A stretch of DNA of 64,000 bases, from assembly GCF_009834535.1 (NCBI RefSeq), contig NC_045710.1, forward strand, positions 29,574,001 through 29,638,000. Direction: 5' to 3'. The stretch is from Camelus ferus. Lineage: Eukaryota. The notes beneath the pieces were generated by a model. It had not been told where the DNA came from. It made no database searches and saw nothing but the letters and a program-made list of their open reading frames with translations. Below, piece after piece: positions 47,836 to 58,643 of this stretch. The translations under genes were made by a program, and so were the position numbers. How positions within the stretch are numbered: position 1 is the stretch's first letter; each line of letters opens with the position of its first letter.

Positions 47836-48812
47836 GGATTAATATCCAACATATATAAACAGTTCATACAATTCAACATCAAAAAAGCAAACAACCCGAT
47901 TAAAAATGGGCAGAACTGAACAAACTTTTTCANNNNNNNNNNNNNNNNNNNNNNNNNNNNNNNNNNNNNNNNNNNNNNNNNNNNNNNNNNNNNNNNNNNN
48001 NNNNNNNNNNNNNNNNNNNNNNNNNNNNNNNNNNNNNNNNNNNNNNNNNNNNNNNNNNNNNNNNNNNNNNNNNNNNNNNNNNNNNNNNNNNNNNNNNNNN
48101 NNNNNNNNNNNNNNNNNNNNNNNNNNNNNNNNNNNNNNNNNNNNNNNNNNNNNNNNNNNNNNNNNNNNNNNNNNNNNNNNNNNNNNNNNNNNNNNNNNNN
48201 NNNNNNNNNTCCTGGGTATATATCTGGAAAAAAAAAACAGTAATTCGNNNNNNNNNNNNNNNNNNNNNNNNNNNNNNNNNNNNNNNNNNNNNNNNNNNNN
48301 NNNNNNNNNNNNNNNNNNNNNNNNNNNNNNNNNNNNNNNNNNNNNNNNNNNNNNNNNNNNNNNNNNNNNNNNNNNNNNNNNNNNNNNNNNNNNNNNNNNN
48401 NNNNNNNNNNNNNNNNNNNNNNNNNNNNNNNNNNNNNNNNNNNNNNNNNNNNNNNNNNNNNNNNNNNNNNNNNNNNNNNNNNNNNNNNNNNNNNNNNNNN
48501 NNNNNNNNNNNNNNNNNNNNNNNNAACTACTGACTATAACAAGAAAAAAAAAAGCAGACTCAGAACAAACTAGTGGTTATCAGTAGGGAGAGGAAAATGG
48601 GGGAGGGACAATATAGAGATAGGTGATTAAGAAGTACAAACTATTAAGTATAAAATAAGCCACAAAGATACACTGTACAAAAGAGGGAAATAGCCAATAT
48701 TTTATAATAACTATAAATGGAGTATAACCTTTAAAAACTGTGACTCATGATATTGTACACCTGTAACATATTATATTTCAACTATGCTTCAATAAAAAAA
48801 TAAAAATTTCTA
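47836..48812 (+). mobile_element. 5'-truncated Laurasiatherian-type L1 (ORF2 end and 3'UTR), largely N (47933-48209, 48248-48525)
   Basis: GGATTAATATCCAACATATATAAACAG...ACAACCCGATTAAAAATGGGCAG; TCCTGGGTATATATCTGG; GTACAAACTATTAAGTATAAAATAAGC...CAACTATGCTTCAATAAAAAAA. Confidence 0.88.
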
Positions 48813-49074
48813 AAATTGTGAATATAAAAAAGGAGGTGGATAAAATATATATATACATTAACTTCCTAATAAGTTATCTGTGGAGAAAAATCATAATTTC
48901 TAGGAAATTCCAAATAAATTTAAAAAGTCACCAAATGACTAGCCTGTCTGGGACACTAATGATAGTGTCCTGTCAGAGCTCCTGCAGTGTGTGTTGGCCT
49001 CTATTTTGTGGGAGGAGTAGTAGGGTACTGCATATTTATTTTACACACAAATACACATACTCTTACAAACATGA

Positions 49075-49098
49075 ACACACACACACACACACACACAC
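49075..49098. repeat. (AC)12 microsatellite
   Basis: Directly seen. Confidence 0.95.
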
Positions 49099-49099
49099 C

Positions 49100-49262
49100 T
49101 GTGACAAATATGCAGGCAAATCACTAAGTTTCAGTTCATCCATCTACGAAATGGAGGTAATATCACCAGTCCTGTAGAGTCATTTTAAGGATTAAAGGGG
49201 ATCATGCATTTAAAGTGCTTAGCACAGTGCCCAGCACACAGTAAACGCTCAGTAAATGATGT
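49100..49262 (+). mobile_element. MIR
   Basis: CAGTTCATCCATCTACGAAATGGAGGTAATA...TAAAGTGCTTAGCACAGTGCCCAGCACACAGTAAACGCTCAGTAAATG. Confidence 0.85.
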
Positions 49263-49844
49263 TCATGGTGGTGGTGCTGCTGTTTCATTAACACTAAATT
49301 AAGGCACACAAAAGACAGTGTTGAGCCCCGTGGGTTGTAAGCGTTGTAGCATTGGATCCTAGAGGGTCTTGAGTGCTCCATCTCCAGACCGTCGGGCAGA
49401 GGTCAGATGACCAGCTCTCCTACAAGTGACTAATAAGAGCCCTTCCTTAGGTGAGGGATTGAGCCTCATGGATTCCAGTGTCCCTTCTAACTCTATACCT
49501 CTGTGACCTTGTCTTTCTATGGTTTAACACTTGCATAGGGTCAGCAGGTCTTGGGTCTTCTAATCCACCCCCCCATATTAACTATGTTGACCAAAAACAA
49601 TAAACCTGCACATCAAAATAAGGTGAGAATACATGTGATATCTAATACCTGGGCGCAGAAAGGGAGGGGGGACCGCATAGCTATAGTCCCTCCCTTGTTT
49701 TTATCAGTTACTATAATGCCTGAAAATTACTTAACACATGTTTCTTGATGAAATGTTTCTTGGCATGCTTGCTTTCTTTGTTCTCTGTTCAATGAAAGCA
49801 TTGCCTTTTCTTTGTCCACTTAGAACAGTCAGGTCAGGCATCAC

Positions 49845-50028
49845 ACTTTTTACCGCCTGGAGACACTTGGCAACGTCTGAAGACATTTTGATTCACAAGA
49901 GGTGAGAGTTGCTACCAACATCTAGAAAATAGAGGCCAGGGCTAAACATTCTATAATACCCAGGACAACCGCCACAGCAAGAAATTATCTGGCCCAAGAG
50001 TCAACAGTGCCCTCATTAAGAAACTCTG
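49845..50028 (+). mobile_element. MER20
   Basis: GACACTTGGCAACGTCTGAAGACATTTTG...CATCTAGAAAATAGAGGCCAGGG...AAGAAACTCTG. Confidence 0.85.
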
Positions 50029-50035
50029 TTAAAAG

Positions 50036-50238
50036 CAGTGATCAGCAAACTTCTTCTTAAAGGGACAAATAGTAAATATTTTAGGTTTGCAAGCCACACA
50101 GTCTCTCTTGCATCTACTCAACTCTGCTAATACAGTGAGAAAGCGGCCCTAGAAAATACGTAAATGAATGTGCCGTGTTCCAATAAAACTTTATTGACAA
50201 AAACAGGCAGCCAACTCAGTCATAATTTGCTGGCCCTA
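50036..50238 (-). mobile_element. MER58A
   Basis: CAGTGATCAGCAAACTT...AAAGGGACAAATAGTAAATATTTTAGG...GTTCCAATAAAACTTTATTGACAAAAACAGG. Confidence 0.88.
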
Positions 50239-50374
50239 TATTAGCATATGCTTAGGGAAATGAAAATATGCTTAAATTAATGTTAATAATTATGTTATTG
50301 GTTATAAGTTTGGTATTTGTGTTGTAAGACTTGTGAGATAATGCAAATGAATAATTACGCTGGAATAATTGGGA

Positions 50375-51715
50375 ACTAGATTTTCTATATACTAGCAACA
50401 AAGAATTAGAAAACAGAATTTTTTTAATGTACAAAGCAACAACAATATCATACCCTTGGAAATAAATCTAGTGAAATATGGCAGTTTTTCACTAAAAACT
50501 GGAAGACATTTCTGGGAGAAATTTTAAGAGATCTAAATAAACGGAGAAATCTGCCAGGTTCATGAAATAAAAGGCTCAATATTATTACAATGTACAGTGT
50601 CCTTAAACTGGTATATAAATTGTTATGCCAAAAAGTGCCAACAAGCTGTGTTGAATAAAAAGACAATGTGATTCTAAATTCTACAAGGAAATTCAAAGGC
50701 TTGAGAACATTCAAATAATCTTGAAAAAGAAGAATAAAGTTGGCAGCTTTATAGCACCTGATTTTAAGACTTATTGTAAAGCTACAGTGATCAATATAGT
50801 ATGGTATTGATAGGGATGGACAAATTGATAAAATGGAACAGAATAAGGAGTCCAGAAATAGGCACACACATAAAGCAAATTGAATTCAACAAATTGATTT
50901 TACCAAGTCAATTTAGAGGGTGAAAATGATCTTTTTTACAAATGTTGCTGGAACAAATGGATACCTAGATGAAAATAAAATGGACCTCAACTCAATCTCA
51001 CCCCGTACACAAAAATTAACTCAAGATGGATCAGAGACCTAAAAGCAAAGCACAAAACCTTACTACTTCTAGAAGAAATCACAGAAAAAATATCTTAATG
51101 ATTTAAGGGTTGGCAAAATGTTGGACCAGAGACAAAAGTCACATGCCATAAAAGAAAAATTGATGTCAAACCTCACAAAATTTTAAATTCCTGTTCATCA
51201 AAACACTACCAAGAAAAAGAAGACAAATCATTGACTGGGAAAAACTATTTTCAGCATACATTTGTAACCAAATTTTTTTAAAAAGTGTATTCAATATATG
51301 TAAGTAACTTCTACAAATCAACAATAAAAAGACAAAGGACTCAATTAAAAATGTACAGAAAACATGCAGTCATCTCTAAACACACACACATACACACACA
51401 CACACAATGTCCAATAAGCTCATGCAAAAGTAATCATCAGGCATCAGGGAAATGAACATTAAAACCACGATATCACTTCATTCCAACTAGAATGACAAAA
51501 ATTTAAAAGATTGACAGTGGTAAACATTGGCAAAGATGCAGAGCCACCAGAATGCTCATACACTGCTGGTCAGTGTATAAAATGGTACAAGTGCATCGGA
51601 TGGGCCAAGAGTTGACAACTGCTGAATCTGAGTGATGGGTACATGCATATTCATTACACTACCCTCTTTACTTCTGTGTAGGTATGAAATTTCTAGCATT
51701 AAAAACTTAAAAAAA
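50375..51715 (+). mobile_element. Old L1M ORF2 (post-RT region) joined to an L1MC/MD-type 3' terminus
   Basis: Degenerate ORF2: AAGACTTATTGTAAAGCTACAGTGATCAATATAGTATGG (..YYKATVIKTVWYW..), CAAAAATTAACTCAAGATGGATC (..KINSRWI..); ends GATGGGTACATGC...TTCATTACACT...AAAAACTTAAAAAAA. Contains a (CA)n at about 51380-51406. Confidence 0.85.
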
Positions 51716-51808
51716 GAAAGAGTGGACATCTATGACCAAGGAAATGATCCTGATTCTCAGGGAAAAGTTGTATTTTCCCCAGCCCCAACAGTTAATACCA
51801 ATCAGCAA

Positions 51809-51976
51809 TATTGGTTTTTTCAAACTCAGTCTGCATATCAGAAACTTTTTAGAAATATCAATCCCAGGCCTTACTCTGGACCAGTAAATCTGAATCTCTA
51901 GGGACAGGACCCAAGCACAGTATTTTTTTAAACTCCCCTGGAGATTCTAAAGTTCAGCCATGGTTGAGAAGCACAG
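51809..51976. mobile_element. MER5A/B-like hAT-Charlie
   Basis: CCCAGGCCTTACTCTGGACCAGTAAATCTGAATCTCTAGGG...CTCCCCTGGAGATTCTAA...TGGTTGAGAAGCACAG. Confidence 0.85.
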
Positions 51977-51990
51977 ATAAATATAATCTT

Positions 51991-52174
51991 TTTCCCTGTT
52001 TTGTTTTGTTTTGTTTTTTTAGCATTTTTTGGTTTTCTTTCTTTTTTTGTTTTTAGTGGGGGGTAAGGGGTAGTTAGGTTTATTTATTTGTTTTCAGAGG
52101 TGGTACGGGGGATTGAACCCAGGGCCTGTTGTATGCTGGCAGGCGCTCTACCACTTAAGCTATGCCCTCCTCCC
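51991..52174 (-). mobile_element. Camelid SINE, long-tail variant
   Basis: (TTTTG)n tail, GGGGTAGTTAGGTTTATTTATTT, GGGGATTGAACCCAGGGCC...CGCTCTACCACTTAAGCTATGCCCTCC; perfect 13-bp TSD TAAATATAATCTT (51978-51990, 52177-52189). Confidence 0.93.
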
Positions 52175-52994
52175 AGTAAATATAATCTTAACTCCTGGTT
52201 ACTTTTCGTGTCCTCTTTGGATGTCATGACAGTTAGGGACCTGACAAGAAACAGAATTCACCCCACATTGGTAGAAATATGGGCAGGATTAAGAGAACAA
52301 ACACACCCAGCAAGATGCCCTTGCATTAATTAGCCCCTGGAGATGAAGAGAGTAGCGTTTCCCTAGCCCAGTGAGGACTGGAGCCATGGGAAAGACATAG
52401 TCCTGGATGGGACCAGAAGCCAAGGCAGGAGATGGTACTCACAAGGACCCTGACCTCCCTCTCCCCCCACCTTCCAGGCTAGCAGGGAAGCCTGGAGTGA
52501 CACACTCTCCAGGAGGGGACGCAGAGCAGGACCGAGTTGGCAGAGGGTACGAGGAGGATGGTGTCAGGCAGGCACGTGCGCTAACTACACTGATGCCAAC
52601 AATTCCAATTCCCTGCTGCCAGTAGCTTGCCCATCAAACCTGACTCCCCTCCCTCTTCTTGCCCACCGGTGACTGAATCAGTTTCTTGACCCCACCAAGG
52701 CAGAAGTGCCAGAGGCCAGTCTGGGAGGGCATGGGGCAGGGTGCTCAGTTCTGCAGAAACTATGCATTAGTCTCAAAGAATTTAAGTCAGAAATCTATAG
52801 CAACTGTGAAGAATCACACGTTATCTCACCAGCAGAGAATTAACCTCTGGTTCCCTTTCCTGGCCACCCTTTATTTAAAGAAATGAGGAAAGAAAGAAAA
52901 AAAGGACAGAGACTGGAAAGTATTTTTTCAATGACCGTATTTGAAAATGCTGTATAAAATCTATCTGATGTAGAAAATTCTAGGTACCTCCTCT

Positions 52995-53120
52995 AGCCCA
53001 TCCTCCTCATCTTATAAGTAAGGGATCTGAGACCAAAACCAGAGAGATGAAGTGATTTGCCTAAAGTCACCATCTGGTTAGGAGCAGAGTCCAAATGTTG
53101 TGACTCCCAGCCCAGGGCAA
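52995..53120 (-). mobile_element. MIR
   Basis: AGAGAGATGAAGTGATTTGCCTAAAGTCAC...TGACTCCCAGCCCAG. Confidence 0.6.
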
Positions 53121-53594
53121 GGCTCACTGCCCCACCCAGGCTCTCAAGTGCTTGTCCATTTGGCCAGCCAAAGCTGGACCATTAGACCCCCGGGGTAGCA
53201 AGAGCGTGGAAATCCTTGCCACTTACATTTTACCTTTCCTTTCCACCCAGATGTGACTGTAATTACTTGGTCTATCTCAGAGGGCAGAGTCTTTTAAAGC
53301 CGAGAAAGGAAATAAATGCCCACAAGCTTCCGGCTGGCTCCAGAAGGCTGGTGCTCAGGGGGCCGCCTGAGGCAGTGCCAGGTTGATCCAGGGAGGCGAG
53401 CATGAGATGGAAGTGGGCTCAATTAGCTTCCTGATAAAAAGCTAATCCCAGAAGCTGGCCCAGCTGCTACAGGGTAAAGGCTTAGGCAAGGGCGCTTCCT
53501 GGTGAATTCAGAGTCTCTGTCCTCGTGAGGTCCAGCCAAGGATGAGGGGAAAGACCAGAAACGTTCCACGAGTCCTTCCAGCTCCGAGGGCCAC

Positions 53595-53633
53595 ATTTAT
53601 TTATTTGCAGAGGCGGTACGGGGGACTGAACCC
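53595..53633 (-). mobile_element. 5'-truncated camelid SINE fragment (B box and tail only)
   Basis: ATTTATTTATTTGCAGAGGCGGTACGGGGGACTGAACCC, flanked by AGGGCCAC direct repeats. Confidence 0.75.
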
Positions 53634-53641
53634 AGGGCCAC

Positions 53642-53875
53642 CTCCCTCCAGCCCACACCCCAGAATTCTCTCTCTGGCCACAGCCCTGTCAGTGCCCTTC
53701 ATCACAATCTGGAATTATACATTTAATGTTTTGTTCACTTGCTTACTGTTGGTCTCTCCCACGTGACTAAACTCCACAAGGCCAGGGATTGTAGTAGCCA
53801 GTGCCCAGGAGAGCACCTTCTACTTCGCAGGCACACCCAAAAATATCTGTTGGAAGTGTTAAATAAATGGATGAC
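53642..53875 (+). mobile_element. L2 3' end
   Basis: CTTCATCACAATCTGGAATTAT...GGTCTCTCCCAC...CTCCACAAGGCCAGGGA...AATATCTGTTGGAAGTG. Confidence 0.75.
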
Positions 53876-55103
53876 GCCATGAAACACCCTTGCTCCTAAG
53901 GAAGGGCAAACCACTTTCAGAGGGAAATGAGTTCTGGCATTTGTAAGTAGGGTCAATTACAGTGCGTTTCTGTACCTCCAGCTGCCAGGCCACCTGGAAG
54001 CCCACCCTGCCCTGTGAAACAGTAGCATGCGTACAGAGATTTCTGGATGCCACAGCACTTCCACGTCGTGGCTTATCCAGAATAACCGCCTTCATAAGTA
54101 GGAAACACTTATTCTACCTTCAAATCCAGTGCTCTTCCCCGCACCTCTAGCACCATCAGAGTCCTCGTTCTGAACGTACACCGGGGACAGGCTCTATTGT
54201 TCCACTTTTGCGGAAGAAAAGCAGGAGCCCTGAGAAAATATTGGCTTTGCGGATCCAAGTTACGCCTGAAGCAAGAGCCAAAATTCCTCTTAGGATTTGA
54301 AAGGAGAAAAAAGGAAATTGAGGCTTAAAGGGGCAAGTACTCTTCCGCTTGGTAGAGAAAAAGAGAAGCAAAGGAGAAAAAAGAAACAGAAAAGGGCAAT
54401 GTTTCTGGCCTGGTGATTAAACAGGGAGATTAACTAAATGGCCGCTAATCCTCCACTTTCCCCCAGATAAAGCAGGTGCATTAGTCCCTGGGAAAGGGCA
54501 GGCCACCCCGCTGGGAGCTCAAGTCTCCCCCCACCACTCTGCCTGGTGTGCAAGAAGCCCCTGCTTGACATATATTAAAACTATTGTTGTTATTAATAAT
54601 GCCAACACTTTAGATTTGCATAGCTCCATTTCTTCTAAGAGTTTAAAGCCTTTCACACACAGTGTCTAATTCTCTCTCAGAATTTTAATCAGAATAGCGT
54701 TTCCAGGTAGCTATGTAAATACATTTAAAAGTTCTCCAAACATTTAAACACATTTCAGCCTTATCTATACCCTCTTCCCCCTGTCCCAGGTTTAGCACAT
54801 TTCCATTTGGATTATCCATCTTTGAAACACTAGTTTTCAAAACAGAAAATGAGAAGAGCAACTATAAACCTCCAGTCTCTGGCCAAATGTATATCCTCCC
54901 TGTACCTCCATCACAAGAGGTGTAGAAGAAGCTTCAAAAACAGCACAGGATTCACTTCTCCCCAACCCCACCCACTCTCCCTTTGGTATGTATTCCTTCT
55001 GCTCCCGATGTAACTAAGGGGTAGAAACTATAGTTTACTCACACTGAGGTGTCTAGTCCGCCCAGGCCACTGTGCTAGTTGCTTTACGAACATTGTTTTA
55101 TTT

Positions 55104-55282
55104 TTAAATTTTTTTTATTATTTGTTCCTTCATTGAAGTATAGTCAGTTACAGTGTGTCCATTTCTGGTGTGCAGCACAACTATATTCAGTATCTTGTAA
55201 TCACCTTTAATGAAAACTAACATGAAAGCGAATGTGTGTGTATACATATGCATGACTGGGACTTTGTGCTGTGCGCCCGAAG
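55104..55282 (-). mobile_element. Young camelid L1 with 5' inversion (twin priming), inserted in a MIR
   Basis: 55104-55180 is the antisense tail and 3' end; 55181-55282 is sense-oriented upstream 3'UTR; TSD CATTGTTTTATTT / CACTGTCTTATTT. Confidence 0.85.
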
Positions 55283-56362
55283 CACTGTCTTATTTAATCC
55301 TTGGGTCAGAGACTTCATGATGTCCCCACAGTATCCACGGTAATAAAAATTTTAGCTGGGCACACAGCTATATTTCCAGTCTCCCTTACAGCTGCGTGTG
55401 GCCATAGGGCAATAATTAAAAGTATCTGTGGAGGCTTCCAGGGACACAGCACCATCCTTAGGCATGTTTTTCCTCTCCCCTGACTTCACAGGGATTCCAC
55501 CACTATTTCTATAGCCTGAGAACCCAAAATGGATTAATCCATTGAAAACCTCTGCTTTGACTTTTTCCTGGTGATGGTTCAAATTGCTCACTATTCCTTG
55601 ACTTCTCCATCTTACCTCCTATATACTGATGGTCTTTGTTCTCTCCTTCTTAAACCAACCTTAACTTAAAGGAAAACAGCCTGCCAATTCCAAACAGGTT
55701 GAATAATTTTCCTCTTGTCTTCTTCTTCCCACAACATTACAGATCCTCCCTTCTCCTCACCTCTTTCCAATCCATATGCAACACCACTATCCACCAGGAC
55801 CCATTCTACTTCCCTGAGATCCCTGTGGCACCTACTCTGTGTGCATCTGCTGACATCACCCCCACACACCCACTCGCTCCGTTTCGTTCCTTCCCAGTAC
55901 TGACCTCCTGCCCCACGTCTTCTCACCCACTTCACATTTTCTCTTTTTTCCTGACTGCTCCAGTTGTACTGGGTCTCCTCATACTCCCTCTTAGGTTAAG
56001 AAGGCAAATATTTATTATTATCCCCTATTATTATCAATGGGAAAAATGGAGGCGCAAAGAGATGAGAGGATTTGTCCACAATTGCACAAAAGAGGGCAGG
56101 TGACACCATACCCTTTAGAATCACAATCCAGGGCCCTTCTTCTCCCCCTGCATTTCTTTCTTTCTCTCATATACCCTCCCAGATTCCCTGAAGATCAGGC
56201 AGGAGGTAGTGACTTTTACTGTCAATGATGGGCACAGCTAGTGACTTCTCCAAGGTCCCTCACCAAGTCTGCAGTGAAATAAAAACTAAGTGGTCTTCAT
56301 TCTACCCGTACCACACTCTACCTACAACAACCTAATATGAGAAAGCCAAGGAGGTGATGTTT

Positions 56363-56409
56363 TATAGATATAGATATAGATATAGATATAGACATACACA
56401 CACACACAT

Positions 56410-56440
<31 letters not shown>

Positions 56441-56446
56441 CACACA
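56363..56446. repeat. Compound microsatellite (TATAGA)5-(CA)n-(TA)n
   Basis: Directly seen. Confidence 0.95.
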
Positions 56447-58308
56447 GACTTCAACTGATGGACTTTCAGGTATGAAGAAGCAATGGATATAGTTTTCAAT
56501 AGTGAGTCCCTTAATACTTGAGAAAACACACCCACGAAAATTCAGGAGAACCTGTGTGTTAGAGAGAAGTGTCAGCCTGAGCGCTACCATTCACCAGGGC
56601 ATGAGGAGAAACAGGGCTAAGAACAAAGTGCTAAATCATCTGTGTGACCTTGAACAAGACCTTTCCTCTCTCTAGAGAGTGCTTTCATCTTCAGCATCAG
56701 GATCCACTGAAAGCAGGCACTCAGGTGCTCAGGGGATGCTGGGTGTCATACAGAAGCCACGGCAGCACTAAGAAGGCACCCTCTAGAGACGGAGCTAAAG
56801 AAACAGGGGCTAGTTTATTTTATTTACTCAACCACTAATTTACAGTTTGAGGGGAAGTTAGAGAAGTCATGACTTCGCAAGGCCAGCCTCTAGTTTTTAT
56901 CACCTACGCAATGTCCTAAATATTTGATGAAGAAAAGAAGAAAAGGAATGAAATAGGAGTGAAGCCAGGAAGTTGACCAAACATTCTTGTTTATTGGGTA
57001 AGATGGCTTCATAGCCACATCTTCGCTACCTGAGAGGCTGAGACTGGAGAATAGCAGATTTTCTTTCAATATAATTTCACAGATTCATTTTTTAAGGAAC
57101 ATTCACACACATTATCGTATTTATTGTGATATCAAAAAACAACTAACAGAGAAGATTCTATTATCAAAATTGTACTGTGAAGACCCTGACACTCAGGGAT
57201 ATTAAGGTAGCAGATTCCACATCCAGAAAGGGAAGGATCCAGATATTATAACCCAAAGCCTGTGCCTGTTTCAGGATCAGGTACTCAAGAAGCTGAACAC
57301 TGTAGGAAAATCACTCACAAAGAGAGGGACTGAACCACCTGACATCACATATCACACTGTCAATGTCCACCTTTTGGAAAGGGCTGTTAGACATATAACC
57401 CGCACTACTGGCCCCCTGGATGGCCCAAGGACCCCAGCAGTTGCTTAGGAAAAAGGTAAGTATAAATGAGTGTCCCTAAGTGCTGGCAAAGAACGGTGGG
57501 GAATGGAGAGTCAATAGGCAGTTATGTTCCAAAATCGGCCAGGGGTTGTGGGGAGAACGAAGGAAATGAGACTTCGAGTCCCTAATACCTGCCCTAATTC
57601 AGTACTTTGAAACCTGTCAGTGCTCAACAACACTGAGCATTGAGGCAGCCCATGGACAGCAGTCCGGACCTCCTGCTGCCTATTCAGATGGCTCTCTGGT
57701 TACTCTGGATTTGATGGTAAATGCTCAGACTCAAGCCATACAACCACAGTGGCTAGGGACAGCCTAAAGTTTTTTAATTAAGCATTTGCAGGCTGAGAGG
57801 AAACTTCTGGTCTTGTTGGAGAAATCCTCCCACTGCATAGCTGTATAAGTCAGTGGCTCAGCTGAGCAGAAAAGCAGCTTCTGAGTGAGTGGGTGAGATA
57901 AGTAAGACCATGCCCCCACCCCAACCCCCACAGTGTAGGCTGGTGCTGTATGGGGGTTTTGATTCTTCGTTTTGAAGATGCAGGAATGTCTGAGAATAAG
58001 CATAGGTGGGAGAAAAGGATAATGGAAGGGAAGGAGCTGGGAGGTTGGAGAAAAGAAGAGGGAGCCCAAGAACTAAAGGAACCTGTGACTCTGTGGGGAC
58101 TGGGAATAGCCTGAGGCTTTGGGATCTCTCTCAGGAGAAAACCGTCCTTGGCAAAACAGCCTGGAAAAACCAGGTCAAGGGGCTGACCATTTATTCACAA
58201 ACACTTGCAACAACAGTAGCAGTATGGAGGCACTCTGTAGGCAGCTTGTAGGCTGCGGGCCACTGCCTGAAAGTTAAAGAGGAAGGAAAATAAAAATAGA
58301 GGGCAAGT

Positions 58309-58326
58309 AGAGAGAGAGAGAGAGAG
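58309..58326. repeat. (AG)9 microsatellite
   Basis: Directly seen. Confidence 0.9.
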
Positions 58327-58532
58327 GCTGAGAGGAGCCCTCATTTCTGAGAACATATGGGTCACTCTCTGGGGATGCCTAGAAAAATCTGGGAGACTTT
58401 CAGGGGACTTAGTTCCTGCAGTTACAATGTAGGAAATCAGAACTATCAATTTGTAGGTATTGATGATGATGTGGCCATATGTGAGTTCACATGCTGTTAA
58501 ATCCTGAGACATCTGGATTACAGCAGTATTCC

Positions 58533-58643
58533 TAGGATCACCAACTCATTCCAATTTGCTTGAAACTTTCCTGATTTTAGCAATGAAAGGCCCATGTCCT
58601 AGAAAGCCCCTCAGACCTAGGCAGACCAAAACTTCACCTCCTA
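58533..58643 (-). mobile_element. MER81 hAT-Blackjack
   Basis: TAGGATCACCAACTCATTCCAATTTGC...TTTTAGCAATGAAAGG...CCCCTCAG...CCTA; TSD AGTATTCC / AGTACCCC. Confidence 0.8.

Noticed and set aside
47906-48586. 226-aa ORF (and other X-rich ORFs at 25893-26660 and 32372-32895)
   Set aside because: Open only because N-runs contain no stop codons; the flanks are L1 or MLT sequence.
49500-49840. Possible old LTR (TG start, AATGAAA near the 3' end)
   Set aside because: I could not match it to a consensus I know; left unannotated.
50448-50867. 139-aa minus-strand ORF
   Set aside because: Antisense reading of decayed L1 ORF2.
57638-57662. Short hairpin CAGTGCTCA-ACAACAC-TGAGCATTG
   Set aside because: A 9-bp stem is too short for a pre-miRNA, and no snoRNA boxes are evident.
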